A stretch of 56,662 nt of DNA from Nanobdellota archaeon. Its GTDB lineage: Archaea; Nanobdellota; Nanobdellia; Woesearchaeales; CG1-02-33-12. The notes beneath the pieces are model-generated. The model saw only the letters and a list, made by a program, of their open reading frames with translations. It did not search any database and was not told the DNA's origin. Made by a program: the position numbers and the translations under genes. This document shows positions 10,724 to 19,023 of the stretch, piece after piece (position 1 is the first letter of the stretch; each line of letters opens with the position of its first letter). The DNA lies in NCBI GenBank assembly GCA_018819345.1, contig JAHJQG010000040.1:1-56662 (forward strand). The letters are read 5' to 3'.

Positions 10724-10783
10724 AGAAAAAAAATTAAGGCAACTTAACATATCTGCAAGATTCTTAAAGTGTTATTTAATTAA
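10724..10783. repeat. Intergenic repeat module C, copy 1
   Basis: AAATTAAGGCAACTTAACATATCTGCAAGATTCTTAAAGTG recurs identically within 12586-12643. Confidence 0.9.
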
Positions 10784-10851
10784 TTTACAGCGTTAAAAAA
10801 TAAGACTAATAAACTCTTTATTTTTACCATGCTAAATAATAGCTAATCCAT

Positions 10852-10921
10852 ACTATTTATTTGAATGAATAGCTCAAATAACCGAAAGATTTATATATTT
10901 ATTTGAATAAATAGTTCAAAT
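10852..10921 (+). promoter_or_regulatory. Promoter (BRE/TATA GAAAGATTTATATA) flanked by two copies of the imperfect palindrome TATTTATTTGAAT(G/A)AATAG; likely autoregulatory operators
   Basis: Direct reading upstream of the wHTH gene at 10922. Confidence 0.55.
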
Positions 10922-11656
10922 ATGTGGATTCCAAGATGGCTATGGGAAAGGTATAGGGAATTAAGGCTAAAGATAGGCCTTAATAACAGCTTCAGCTTTA
11001 AACAGGCAAAAGAGATATTCAGCTATAACAGGAATGAGATGATTTACAAGACATTAAATGAGTTGGAAAGACTAAATATAATCAATGTTGAAAGATCCAA
11101 AAATGATAAAAGAGTAAAAAGATATAAAATAGTCCTGGAATTAAAAGACATTCCATATGCAGATATTACAATTCCAACAAATAAGCAACAAGAACCCCAT
11201 GGTTTCCTTTCTTCAACTGGCTCTGCAGCTATTTTTGGAACAACATCTGCAAAACCCAGTGCTGCTTTTCATAGGATGTATAGTAAAGAGGGGAAACAAC
11301 AAATTACTATAGCCAAAAAGCCAGCAGCCAAAACAATTGAAGAGTATCTTGTTGAGAACATAAAAAGCTATAAATCTGCTGAGTCAATATTAGCTATAGT
11401 AAAAAAAGAAAAAATTGATTTCAGGAAAGTAATAAGAAACCTGAACTCATTCCAAAGAAGGTATTTAGGGGCATTATTGGAAATACTAAACAAAAAGGAA
11501 TTAGTAGAAGAATTGTATAATCTAACCAAAAATGATAACAGGAAATTCTCCATATTCCCAAAACAAATAAAAAAGGTTCCAGAAAAATATAAAAAGATAG
11601 CAAAGAAATGGAGAATTAATCTTAATATTGATGTGGTGAATATAGATGAACTATGA
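10922..11656 (+). CDS. Winged-HTH protein, putative antitoxin/regulator (type IV TA, AbiEi-like arrangement)
   Basis: N-terminal wHTH with DKRVKRY wing; overlaps the downstream nucleotidyltransferase gene. Confidence 0.55.
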   Translation: MWIPRWLWERYRELRLKIGLNNSFSFKQAKEIFSYNRNEMIYKTLNELERLNIINVERSKNDKRVKRYKIVLELKDIPYADITIPTNKQQEPHGFLSSTGSAAIFGTTSAKPSAAFHRMYSKEGKQQITIAKKPAAKTIEEYLVENIKSYKSAESILAIVKKEKIDFRKVIRNLNSFQRRYLGALLEILNKKELVEELYNLTKNDNRKFSIFPKQIKKVPEKYKKIAKKWRINLNIDVVNIDEL

Positions 11657-12335
11657 GGAAACTGAAAAACAGTCCTTAGAGCTAACAGATGATTTATGTA
11701 ATAATATACTCAGCAAGATAAGCCACTTTGTTATAGGCGGGTGGGCAGTTACAGCTTACAGCGGCAATATTAGGTTTACTGCTGATGTTGACCTCATAAC
11801 AAAGCCATTAACAACAATGCCTGTTATAAAGGCATTTAATAAGGATTGGGATACAAAAAAAGTATTTTATGGTGTTCAGGCTAAACATAGAAAAACAGGT
11901 ATACAGGTTCACATAAATACAATCAGTAATATGCTTGACAGGACAACTAATACAAAAATACCTGTTCCCAGTGAATTATTTGAGAATATATGCAAAGCAA
12001 GGATTAATGGAATTTATTGCAAAAACACAATTGAGATTCCCATTTGTCCCTTTAATTATCTGCTTACATTGAAAGCAATCCCAAATAGGGTAAGGGATGA
12101 TTTTGATTTTATTCTATTATGGCTAAATAAAAATTATTCAATTGAGGAATTCAAGAAATATCTGAATAAATGCAATAATATTAAGCCTTTTTTTGATAAG
12201 TGCAGAAGAATTTCAGATAAAAATTATTTTTATTCCTTACCTAAAAAGCTTATTACCAATCAGAGATTTGATTTAATAAAATATAATGTAATAACTAAAA
12301 AGATTGATGAAATAAAAGCTATGTGTAAAAGCTAA
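11646..12335 (+). CDS. Nucleotidyltransferase-fold protein (AbiEii-like putative toxin)
   Basis: VIGGWAV...RFTADVDL motif and LTLK...RVRDDFDF motif. Confidence 0.7.
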   Translation: MNYEETEKQSLELTDDLCNNILSKISHFVIGGWAVTAYSGNIRFTADVDLITKPLTTMPVIKAFNKDWDTKKVFYGVQAKHRKTGIQVHINTISNMLDRTTNTKIPVPSELFENICKARINGIYCKNTIEIPICPFNYLLTLKAIPNRVRDDFDFILLWLNKNYSIEEFKKYLNKCNNIKPFFDKCRRISDKNYFYSLPKKLITNQRFDLIKYNVITKKIDEIKAMCKS

Positions 12336-12430
12336 TGAGTTTTCTCAAGAATCCTGTCTGTTATAACAATAAAAACCAAAACCATTACTAATTCTAAGCT
12401 GGTGGGAAAATAAATAATTTCTCGACGAGA

Positions 12431-12499
12431 AAATCAAAATAAAAAAAATCACTATCAACTGGTTATGCTTAAAGGTTTTTAAGGAAAAACCTGTTTTAA
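12431..12499. repeat. Intergenic repeat module B, copy 1
   Basis: AAAAAATCACT..TGGTTATGCTTA...CTGTTTTA.CAACTTTTAG recurs at 13864-13939 and 14643-14730. Confidence 0.85.
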
Positions 12500-12585
12500 C
12501 AACTTTTAGGCAAGAAAAATACCGAAGTGAAGCATAGGCACAGTATGACGCAGGGCACTCTTTATTAAGTGCGAAGCAGAATAAA

Positions 12586-12643
12586 AGAAAAAAATTAAGG
12601 CAACTTAACATATCTGCAAGATTCTTAAAGTGCTGTTTAATTA
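12586..12643. repeat. Intergenic repeat module C, copy 2; ends at the stop codon of the MNT gene
   Basis: Near-identical to 10724-10783. Confidence 0.9.
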
Positions 12644-13258
12644 ACCTGCCTCATTAAAGTAAACATCCTGTTTTGTATAATTTACATTGAGCTTATTGAG
12701 GAAACCAATCATATCATTCTCCCTGTTTTTTGGTATAGCAAGCATTCCATCCCCTAATCTTCTCCCGCCAAGTGCTTCTACTGCACCCTTTTTTATGTAT
12801 ATCTTGCTGCCTACTTTTTGCTTATATCCATAAAGCCTTCTCCATACCCTCAGCCTTGTCTTTTGGTGCAGCTTCTTCATTGAAATAGCAAATGAAATGA
12901 AATGCTTTAGGTTTTCTGGCAGCTTTTCATATTTGCCATATAAAGTTATGCCATTGTCTAGAATACTTTCTCTCAAGCTAGGCCAATCCTTAAGCTTTCC
13001 TATCTTGAGTGAAATCTGATTCTCTGTTCCTAAATCCAAATATTTTTCATGCTCTTTTGATTTTTTAAACAATTTGAGGGTTTCCTCTATTTTTTTCTCA
13101 CTTTCTTCTGTTTCTATAAATAAATCAATATCACTCTCATTATCATAATCCCCTCTTGCAACTGAGCCAAACAGCACAACAGCATTCACATTCTGTATTC
13201 TCCTTAAGAGAAAAGATGTGAAAGCAAGTGCATATGATATAATCTCATTTCTCTTCAT
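12641..13258 (-). CDS. Minimal nucleotidyltransferase (MNT) with an extra C-terminal domain
   Basis: VLFGSVARGDYDNESDIDLFI; paralog of 17839-18459. Confidence 0.85.
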   Translation of the reverse strand: MKRNEIISYALAFTSFLLRRIQNVNAVVLFGSVARGDYDNESDIDLFIETEESEKKIEETLKLFKKSKEHEKYLDLGTENQISLKIGKLKDWPSLRESILDNGITLYGKYEKLPENLKHFISFAISMKKLHQKTRLRVWRRLYGYKQKVGSKIYIKKGAVEALGGRRLGDGMLAIPKNRENDMIGFLNKLNVNYTKQDVYFNEAG

Positions 13259-13646
13259 TTTTCATCACCTTATTTACATCCTCTTCAATATTCTGAAGAA
13301 GCTTTACAGCTTTCAATACCTCTGCTTTATCTTTTTTTGAGCCATAACTAAGTTTTTCGCAGGTTTTTTCCAATTCTATAATCTTCTCTAATATTGGCGC
13401 TTTATGGGGAAATGCCGGAAGCTTGCCACTAACCTTCTTGCTTTTAAACCATCTGTGGTTAAGCTGCATTCCTGGACCAATTCTTTTTGTTTTCTGAAGA
13501 TATATTGCCAGGATATCAAGAGCAGCCCTTGATGCATGCAGACCTATTATGCGCTGGCTGTTTTCTATTCCCTTAACTTCAAGCGCCCAGTCAAATATAG
13601 CTTCTTTATGCTACTTTAGTGATTCTTCATGCTCTTCAGTTTTCAT
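13245..13646 (-). pseudogene. HEPN-like partner of the MNT, interrupted by an in-frame TAG at codon 12 (13611-13613)
   Basis: MKTEEHEESLK*HKEAIFDW...SQRIIGLHASRAALDIL...GMQLNHRWFKSK aligns over its whole length with 18443-18841. Confidence 0.8.
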
Positions 13647-13749
13647 AATATTTGCCTGTCTTTTATGATATCTTATATCATATTTTTCTAATACTATATA
13701 TCATATGATATTTAGTATATAAATGTTTTGATATTTAGCCATCTTAGTG

Positions 13750-13939
13750 AATTAGCTTATACAAACATAGGGCTTTTTTATTCTTTGCCTGATTTTTTTA
13801 TGGGTTTTTTTAGAATTAATAAATGAATTCCGGAAAATAAGGCAATTAATCTTAAGAAATCACAATAAAAAAATCACTGTTGGTTATGCTTAAAGATTTT
13901 TAAGGAAAAACCTGTTTTAGCAACTTTTAGAAAACAAAA
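13750..13939. repeat. Intergenic repeat modules A (copy 2) and B (copy 2) in tandem
   Basis: Direct alignment with 10622-10718 and 12431-12499. Confidence 0.85.
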
Positions 13940-14014
13940 TATTTTTTTATTGGATTCAAAATTAGTTGCACACAAATTGCTTGCAAATTGTCTTTAAGAA
14001 ATATTAGCTAAATC

Positions 14015-14560
14015 CTACTTTAAACAGGATATATCCAAGCCCCCTTCTTCGAGGCATATTATCATATTATTTTCAATTTTATAAGAACTTATATCAGGAT
14101 TATCCACTTTTGCCTTGCAGCATAAATTATTTGCAAGGTTTTCTGCAAGAAGGTCATATTGAAGCTCCAAATAATCTATTTCTTCTTGTTTTTCATTTCT
14201 TAGTTTGTCCAGCTCTTCATTTTTTTGGTCTAAATCCGCTCTCAATAAACTAAAATTTGTTTTCAGTGCATTTAATTCACTGTTGCACTCAGAAAATTTA
14301 TCTGAGTATTTCTCTAATTCAGTCAAAAGCTCTTTATTGAATGCGCTGCAGGATGACAGGTTTGTGTCAGAGACCAGAAGTTTTGTTTTCAAGTCCTGTA
14401 TGTCTTCTCCGTAATCTTCCACAGAATAATTTGATTCTTTTACCTGTTTGTATATAGTATAACCTATTATTCCCGGTCTTATTATGAATATTAACAGTAT
14501 TATAGCAATAACTATTATTAATGCAAGAATAATATTTCTTTTAAGTTTTTCTTCAACCAT
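14015..14560 (-). CDS. Membrane-anchored coiled-coil protein with a Cys-rich C-terminus
   Basis: N-terminal TM helix, heptad-rich middle, NNLCCK...IICLE tail. Confidence 0.7.
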   Translation of the reverse strand: MVEEKLKRNIILALIIVIAIILLIFIIRPGIIGYTIYKQVKESNYSVEDYGEDIQDLKTKLLVSDTNLSSCSAFNKELLTELEKYSDKFSECNSELNALKTNFSLLRADLDQKNEELDKLRNEKQEEIDYLELQYDLLAENLANNLCCKAKVDNPDISSYKIENNMIICLEEGGLDISCLK

Positions 14561-14642
14561 ACAGACTTTAAATTAGATGTCTAATTTTTTAAATCTTTCT
14601 ATTTCTGGGATTTTTACATTAATAATAAATTTCCCGTCAATA

Positions 14643-14730
14643 AAATCAGAATAAAAAAAATCACTACTAACTGGTTATGCTTATATATTTTTAAAGGAAA
14701 ATCTGTTTTAACAACTTTTAGAAAACAAAA
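14643..14730. repeat. Intergenic repeat module B, copy 3
   Basis: Alignment with 12431-12499. Confidence 0.8.
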
Positions 14731-14886
14731 CAGCACAAAACAAACCAATTCTTTACGCTAAAATTATTTTATGTGCAGTTATTTTAAGATTAGAATAAGA
14801 ATAATTTAAGATAAGAATAAGCATAAAATAAAAATAAAAAAATAGAGGCAGAAAATGAAAGAAGGAATGATAAAGCAAAAAAAAGA

Positions 14887-15597
14887 TTAAGAGCATCTCT
14901 CTGATATTCTCTTCATCCCTTCCGGCATAAGCTCCTCAAGTTCTATACCCTTTGCTAAGTATGGTTTGACATTGTGCATCGCACCTATGATAAGTAAGCC
15001 AGTTTCTTCTTCTTTTAATGATTTGTTTATGTTATCTGCGATTGCCATGTCTCTTTTTTCCCCTCTTTCAGCTTGTTCTGATTGTTGCTTCGCAATTTTA
15101 ACTGTTAGCTCTTTTATCTCTTCCTCCTCTTTCGGGTTGTACTTCTTCCCCTTGCTTAACTCTTCTTTAACCTTAATGAGTTTGACATAATTTTGAAAGA
15201 ATGTTGCTTCTTCCAATACTAGTTTTGGGTCTTCTGTTTGTTTTATTTCCGATCCTTTCTTTGCTAAGTTTAATACTAGTTCATAGCTTCTGCTTCCAGC
15301 TGATACTTTCTCTTCCAGATCGTTCAGGAATTGGTCGTAAATTTCTGGTTTTGTTTTTGCAACAGTTGCCCAGTCAATAGCCCCGCCATCCTGGTATATT
15401 TTATCAACTTTTTCTTTTTCAAACTTCTTTCCTAATAAATCATAAAAATTGTTTATCACTTTTTCAAGTTTCTTAATTCCTTCGCTTCCGTAAGCCTTTT
15501 TCTCGATGTTTTTTATGTCGTCTGCTGATATGCCTAAGGTTTTGTTTTCAAGGTCTGTACTAAGGTGTATGTCGTATACGCAAAATAGTTTTCTCAT
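14887..15597 (-). CDS. Hypothetical protein
   Basis: 236-aa ORF with GAGGG RBS; KIYQDG and RDxxIADNI...LIIGAMH motifs. Confidence 0.7.
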   Translation of the reverse strand: MRKLFCVYDIHLSTDLENKTLGISADDIKNIEKKAYGSEGIKKLEKVINNFYDLLGKKFEKEKVDKIYQDGGAIDWATVAKTKPEIYDQFLNDLEEKVSAGSRSYELVLNLAKKGSEIKQTEDPKLVLEEATFFQNYVKLIKVKEELSKGKKYNPKEEEEIKELTVKIAKQQSEQAERGEKRDMAIADNINKSLKEEETGLLIIGAMHNVKPYLAKGIELEELMPEGMKRISERCS

Positions 15598-15747
15598 TTT
15601 TTGTTCCCTCTATCTTAATCAATAATAATACCATTATTTTTGTTATAATTGTATTTCTATAATTATTTTTTCAAAACTGAGATTGAATAAAATGTTAAGT
15701 GCTATATAAAGTAAAAGGTTTTCGCAAGCATTTCTGTGCATAATTTT

Positions 15748-16285
15748 TCATTTGCCTATTACCTCCCAATGCCCACTTTTAGTTGGACCTTTCCATTCAA
15801 CAACTCCTTTCTTCCTTAATTGTTTAATATGATATTTCACCCCATCTATAGTAATACCCAATTGTTTTGCAAGTTCCTCTTTCGTAATTTTTGGGTTTTT
15901 CCTAACTAAAATAAGGATACTCTCACCAGTTTTAAGGGTAGTTTTCCCCACAGTTTTCTCCACAGTTTTCTCACTAATTTGAGAGTAAACAACTGCTTTA
16001 GTTTCAACAGGATGGAATCTGTAATAAGGCTCTTTATTGCCTAATTGGTTGCCTAATTGGTTACTTAAAAACATAATATACCGACCTCCCTTTACCTTTT
16101 CTTACCAAAATATTTTCTTTTACAAGCTGGTTTAATTCCATTAAAGATATTCTCTTTGAGATAGAATTTATTTTTCCATGTATCATTTGCTCCTCCTTTT
16201 TACAGTATCATTTACAGTGCCATCTAGACAGTAATAACCTGTTTTTGGCGGACCAACAAACCGAATTATTTTACTTTTGACTTTC
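15748..16285 (-). pseudogene. Second stack of orphan C-terminal fragments of AlbA_2-HATPase-wHTH genes
   Basis: In order: KIIRFVGPPKTGYYCLDGTVNDTVKRRSK* (paralog of the 9097 gene tail), YMEKINSISKRISLMELNQLVKENILVRKGKGRSVYYVFK*, then GNKEPYYRFHPVETK fused to an HTH ending KSGHWEVIGK*. Confidence 0.75.
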
Positions 16286-16287
16286 TG

Positions 16288-17691
16288 TCACCTTTTGTCA
16301 CCTTTTGTCACCTTTATAATATAATATCTCCCCCTACCAGTAACAGAGCCTTTTTGTACAACTACACCAAGTTTAACTAGTTGATTTAAATCACGTATAG
16401 CTGTTCTTTTACTACAACCTATGAGTTCAATGTACTGTTGTGTTGTTATTTTTTCTTCTCCTTCTATACCTCTATCAAAAAACTTCTTTTGTCTCTGGTT
16501 CAGCTTACTTTCATCCAGTACAGGAATTTTTTGTATTGCAGGATTAACAAACTTAATAACAAAAAAACCTTGTTTTTCTATGAATTCAGGATTTGGTAGA
16601 TTCCATTTCCTCATAGACTCCCTAATTCTCAAGAAGCCAGTTCCTCTTTTATCCATAACCCCTGATTTGCTTAGTACCTCAACCAAAACCTTATTCCTAC
16701 TCTTAGGAATATAATCATCTTTCATAATATCACTAATTTTAAGGGGTCTTAATAGTTCTCCAGGACTTATAATATCAATATGGCTATTAAACATTCTAAG
16801 TAAAATAGCATTAGAACTATGCCAGTCTCTATGCACTAAAGCATTGATTATAGCTTCTCTTAGTGCTTCAACTGGATATTCTGTTCTAAATTCTGTTTTA
16901 AAACCAATAACTTTAGCAGGTGTTCTCATATTTTTAAGCATGAATTCTTCTGTTAGTTTAATTATCTCAAATAAAGTTCCATGGATATCCTTTCTGTCTA
17001 ACCATTCTACCATAGAATCCCCAACATACCTGTCTGCTCTTATTTCACATTGTGTTATGTTTAAATGTGAGTTTTTGCCAAACAATAAAATACCTGCAAT
17101 TGTTGGTATTAGTCGATCATTTTCTTTAACAATAAAATGCTCCTTTAACATTAACTCACTCAAGTAACCATTGTTCAATTGTTTTGTTAACTCACTTTTT
17201 TTCAAATATTTTTTCACTTTTTCTAAATCCAAATCATCTAAACCAGCGTTTTCAACAGGAAAAACATCCTGTGACTTGCTTGATCCTTCCCTATACAATC
17301 TTGCGATTTCTTCCTTATTTGCAATAACATTAGAAGAGCCAATTCTTACTCTTGGTTTTGATTCACCTCTGACAAAATAAGGTGTATCTTTTCCTTTAGG
17401 GCAATGAACAACAATGAAATCCCTATTTTCATATTTTATAAATTCAATTTTTGGCTCTTCATCAAGCCGGCACCAATGCCTTATTATTTGGGTAAACCTA
17501 TGTTCTGCCTTCTGTGGCTCTTTGATGCCAAGGAGTTTTCTCCCTTTATCTTCCACACCAAGAATTATCTTGCCCCCTCTTGAATTATAAAAGGCAGTAA
17601 CTAACTGGGCAACTTTTTTAGATTCAGGCAACTCCAGCTTGAAATCCAAATCCTTATTTTCTTTTTCTTTTACAAATTTTTCCACATTCAT
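16288..17691 (-). CDS. Schlafen/AlbA_2 + HATPase_c_4 + winged-HTH protein (paralog 2)
   Basis: ENKDLDFK, AFYNSRGG, YPVEALREAIINALVHRDW, MDKRGTGF; ends in a 10-bp tandem repeat x3 (16286-16315). Confidence 0.88.
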   Translation of the reverse strand: MNVEKFVKEKENKDLDFKLELPESKKVAQLVTAFYNSRGGKIILGVEDKGRKLLGIKEPQKAEHRFTQIIRHWCRLDEEPKIEFIKYENRDFIVVHCPKGKDTPYFVRGESKPRVRIGSSNVIANKEEIARLYREGSSKSQDVFPVENAGLDDLDLEKVKKYLKKSELTKQLNNGYLSELMLKEHFIVKENDRLIPTIAGILLFGKNSHLNITQCEIRADRYVGDSMVEWLDRKDIHGTLFEIIKLTEEFMLKNMRTPAKVIGFKTEFRTEYPVEALREAIINALVHRDWHSSNAILLRMFNSHIDIISPGELLRPLKISDIMKDDYIPKSRNKVLVEVLSKSGVMDKRGTGFLRIRESMRKWNLPNPEFIEKQGFFVIKFVNPAIQKIPVLDESKLNQRQKKFFDRGIEGEEKITTQQYIELIGCSKRTAIRDLNQLVKLGVVVQKGSVTGRGRYYIIKVTKGDKR

Positions 17692-17731
17692 TTTGAAGTT
17701 TGAACTGTTAAAGCCTATTGCCCTTAACTTA

Positions 17732-17822
17732 TTTTTATGTTTTGCCTGATTTTTTCATTGGTTTTTTTAGAATTAGCGAATAAATTTCGGAAAAATAAGG
17801 CAATTAATCTTAAGAATTAGAA
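17732..17822. repeat. Intergenic repeat module A, copy 3
   Basis: TTGCCTGATTTTTTCATTGGTTTTTTTAGAATTAGCGAAT...AATAAGGCAAT. Confidence 0.85.
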
Positions 17823-17838
17823 AAAGCAAAATATCTTA

Positions 17839-18459
17839 TTAGCTGTATTCTACTATCTTTCTTATTTTAGCTGTTATTTTCATTTTCTTAAAAAGCTTCA
17901 TAAAAACAGTTGAATGCTTTGTTAGAACTATGATGCTTCCCTTACTTAATTTTTCACCACCATACTGATTCAGAAGCCCTTTATATTCTTTTTTCTCAGC
18001 CTTATACCCAAATAATCTTTTAAATAATAACACTCTTCTTGATTCAGGTTTTATCTTTTCCCATGAAAAGATGGTTTTGTGAACAGCATTTCCTGGTGTT
18101 GATTCATATTTCCCGTATAATAAAATGCCATTTGATATTATGCTGTTCTTTATATCCTTCCAGTTATCCAATCTTCCTGTAATAATTTTGATATCATTCT
18201 TTATTCCCTTTAATTCCCAGTAATTCCTGCATCTCATCGAACTGAAGAACATGCTCTTTATTTTTTCAGCAGACTTTTCAATATTCACATTATTCACAGT
18301 TTCTATAAATAAATCAACATCGCTGTTAGCATCAGCTTCTTCTCTAGCAACAGAGCCAAATAGGATTATTTTCTCAATCTTGCTTGTATCAACCCTTTCC
18401 AGAAAAAAGGATATAAAATCAATAGCATAGCTTAATAGTCTTTTAGTCAAGATCAACAC
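17839..18459 (-). CDS. MNT nucleotidyltransferase with an extra C-terminal domain
   Basis: ILFGSVAREEADANSDVDLFI; LFKRLFGYK...YGGEKLSKGSIIV. Confidence 0.85.
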   Translation of the reverse strand: MLILTKRLLSYAIDFISFFLERVDTSKIEKIILFGSVAREEADANSDVDLFIETVNNVNIEKSAEKIKSMFFSSMRCRNYWELKGIKNDIKIITGRLDNWKDIKNSIISNGILLYGKYESTPGNAVHKTIFSWEKIKPESRRVLLFKRLFGYKAEKKEYKGLLNQYGGEKLSKGSIIVLTKHSTVFMKLFKKMKITAKIRKIVEYS

Positions 18460-18841
18460 CCTTATCCTTAAATATTTTCTTTAGCTCATTGAACTTGTTT
18501 ATTATCTCCTTAATAAAATTCTCTGACTTTGGTGTTCCGTAACAAAGAGGGTCTCTGCTCTCCTCAATAAAGGTCATCAATTTTAAGATTCTTTCTTTGT
18601 CTTTAAAATCAAAAGGAAACTTCTCCTTTATTTTATTCTTTGATTTGAACCATTCGTGTTTAACTATAAATCCCGGATCCACTATTTTATTCTTATGCAG
18701 AAGAATTTCAAACATATCAGCAGAAGCTGCAGAAATGCTAAAGCCTATTGTTCTTTGTCTCTTTGTAATATCTTTTGTTATACTCTCGTCTATTACTTCT
18801 ATGCTTTCTTTCAGTCTTTCCAGATGTTTTTCTATATTCAT
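18443..18841 (-). CDS. Helical HEPN-like partner of the MNT (intact)
   Basis: Overlaps the MNT start; EESRDPLCYG is a degenerate Rx4-6H/Y-like motif. Confidence 0.65.
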   Translation of the reverse strand: MNIEKHLERLKESIEVIDESITKDITKRQRTIGFSISAASADMFEILLHKNKIVDPGFIVKHEWFKSKNKIKEKFPFDFKDKERILKLMTFIEESRDPLCYGTPKSENFIKEIINKFNELKKIFKDKGVDLD

Positions 18842-18842
18842 A

Positions 18843-18950
18843 GTTACAAACGTAACCTCCTTATTGGTACAATTGTAACTAATAATAATTATTAAATATA
18901 TATAAATGTTTTGGTTACAAACGTAACTATAATATAGTTACAAACGTAAC
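18843..18950 (-). promoter_or_regulatory. Three exact copies of the palindromic operator GTTACAAACGTAAC (18843, 18914, 18937) around a TATA box
   Basis: Read directly upstream of the 18841 start; a degenerate fourth copy lies near 18866. Confidence 0.75.
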
Positions 18951-19023
18951 CAGAAAATATCTGTTGAGTGGATAATACATCAAATTAAATTCAAGAATAC
19001 CCAAAAAAATTAACAAAAAAACA

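Noticed and set aside
12345..12611. 88-aa minus-strand ORF
   Set aside because: It is made largely of intergenic repeat modules B and C and has no protein-like features.
10622..18950. CRISPR array
   Set aside because: The repeats are 60-100 bp and separated by whole genes, or are 14-bp operators with irregular spacing; no cas operon is present.
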